From the NCBI RefSeq assembly GCF_009914755.1, contig NC_060932.1: a stretch of DNA of 64,000 nt. One strand, written 5' to 3'. Position numbers and translations under genes: made by a program. Position 1 is the first letter of the stretch, and every line of letters begins with the position of its first letter. The notes under the pieces are model-generated. The model saw only the letters and a list, made by a program, of their open reading frames with translations, did no database searches and was not told where the DNA came from. Shown here piece by piece: positions 62,118 through 64,000 of the stretch. The stretch comes from the human T2T-CHM13v2.0 reference genome, Homo sapiens.

Positions 62118-62664
62118 TGTCAGAGGCATTTGAACCAGAGCAACTCCATCTTGAATAAGGGCTCGGTAAAATAAGGCTGAGACTTACTGGGCTGCATTCC
62201 CAGACGGTTAGGGATTCTGAGTCACAGGATGAGATAGGAGGTTGGCACAAGATACAGGTCATAAAGACCTTGCTGATAAAACAGGTTGCAGTAAAGAAGC
62301 TGGCTAAACCCCACCAAAACGAAGATGGCAACAACAGTGATCTCTGGTGGTTCTCACTGCTACACTCCCACCAATGCCATGACAGTTTACAAATGCCATG
62401 GCAACATCAGGAAGTTACCCTATATGATTTAAAAAAGGGAGGCGTGAAGAATCAACCCCTTATTTGGCATATAATCAAGAAATAACCATAAAAATGGGCA
62501 ACCAGCAGCCCTCAGGGCTGCTCTGTCTATGGAGTAGCCATTCTTTTATTCCTTTGCTTTCTTAATAAACTTGCTTTCACTTTACTCTATGGACTCACCC
62601 TGAATTCTCTCTTGCATGAGATTCAAGCACCCTCTCTTGGGGTCAGGAACTGTTTCCAGTAACA
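62118..62664 (+). mobile_element. MER41A solo LTR (ERV1)
   Basis: tgtcagaggcatttgaaccagagcaactccatcttgaat...taaca; 4-bp TSD taaa on both sides. Confidence 0.92.
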
Positions 62665-63887
62665 TAAAGAACATACTTTGTCCATGATTATGAAGCTTGT
62701 TTACTCTCCAGAATACTTTACAGATATACATCCATGGCAACATGCATATATTGCTAGACAGATAGGTAGATATATAGATACAGAGAATTGATTTTAAAAT
62801 TAACCTCTGAAAACCATAAGTAATGAATTGTGGAAAGAGTTAATTGCTGCTAATTAATTGGAATCTTGATTTTTTTAAATGTGAGATTCAAATTTATCTA
62901 ACAGTATTTTATCTGTTCATTTTGTTTCATTGTGCTCTTCATCATACCTTTAACCAATGCCATGTTTCTTAAAAATACTTATGACAGACCAATCATATAC
63001 TCTGGTCCTGCTTTAAGTAGCATTTTTATAGCAGACATGTTTACCCTTAAAATACTGAAAATTGCATGCCTCATTATATCAGTATTTAAAAAATTTTAAG
63101 AATATATTATTTAAATTTTATTACTTATTTGGAGTAAATGAGATAAAATAGCTTGTGGGGCATTATACTAATTGAAAGATTTCTATTAGTCTTCATTACT
63201 TAATTTTAGAAAAATAAAGAAATAACTAACATTAAAGGGCTATAAAATTCAAGCAATCAGTGCAGATATTTTTCTGCACTGCTATTTGGAAATTTGATGA
63301 AAGGCAATCTCTAACGTCTCTTAATGTCTTTAAGATGTTATGATCTTCAGTTCACCAGGTTTTGCCTTGCAAAATGGCACTTGCAATTTTTTAAATGATG
63401 CTTTATTTTTTAAATGACGTAATTTTAAAAAATCGTGCTTCCTGCATGAAAACTTCCCAGATCTTAAGTATTTATTTAATTAAACTTATAAAATGAGAAT
63501 AATACATGCAAAATGTTAGTTTTCAAGTGCTTGACATGTATTTCTTCATTTAGTGTTAAAAACCAAGTGAAGTATCCAGGGCAATTATTATTCTGAGAAG
63601 TTAGCCAACCAGCCTAGGGTAACAATACTTTAAAGGAAGCTCCAGATGTAAAATTGAACTTTTTTTGTAGTTTATTTGTTTGTTTTGTTTTGTTTTCCTA
63701 GCTGCTATAGACATGAGGTAGATGCTTGATTTTTTCCAAGGAAGGAAAATAATTTATATTACGGTGAAAATAGAACCCTCCCACCTCCACCCTCCAAATA
63801 TGAGTCAATGCAACTCCAACAGTGGCTTGGCCTTGAATTAGTATGGCTGCAGGGAGCCAAGGAAAGCAGGTTGAAGACAATAACTTT

Positions 63888-64000
63888 TCATGTTGAGTTG
63901 TTTGAGAACCTTATACATTCTGGATATTAGTTCTTTGGCAGATGCATAGTGTGTAAACATTTTCTCCCATTCTGTAGGTTGTCTCTTTATTGATTATTTA
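63888..64000 (-). mobile_element. L1 ORF2 3' fragment (runs off the window)
   Basis: ttctggatattag...ttttctcccattctgtaggttgtctc. Confidence 0.75.

Overview
AT-rich primate (human-like) genomic DNA, intergenic or deep intronic, and mostly transposable elements. No host protein-coding exon or RNA gene can be supported; the recognisable ORFs in the track derive from Alu, L1, Tigger or ERV sequence, and the rest look like chance. Contents: 13 Alus, a full-length ~6.15 kb L1PA4-like element (49564-55713, minus), several older L1s, L2/MIR/L3 relics, DNA transposons (Tigger7/MER44, Zaphod/MER115, MER1A, Charlie1) and solo LTRs (MER41A, MER50, LTR50, MLT1/MST). Most notable observations: (1) an old two-LTR provirus (8655-~14280, minus) with a tRNA-Ser(CGA) primer site, whose ~2.8 kb interior is essentially only a decayed gamma-type env, with no room for gag/pol; (2) a ~4 kb tract in the L1PA4 with a strong AT->GC substitution excess, suggesting GC-biased gene conversion at a past recombination hotspot; (3) a candidate ancient L1 3' transduction; (4) deep TE nestings and several template-switch micro-inversions. 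Subfamily names and consensus comparisons come from memory, not from a search. I found no evidence for a new functional gene system.
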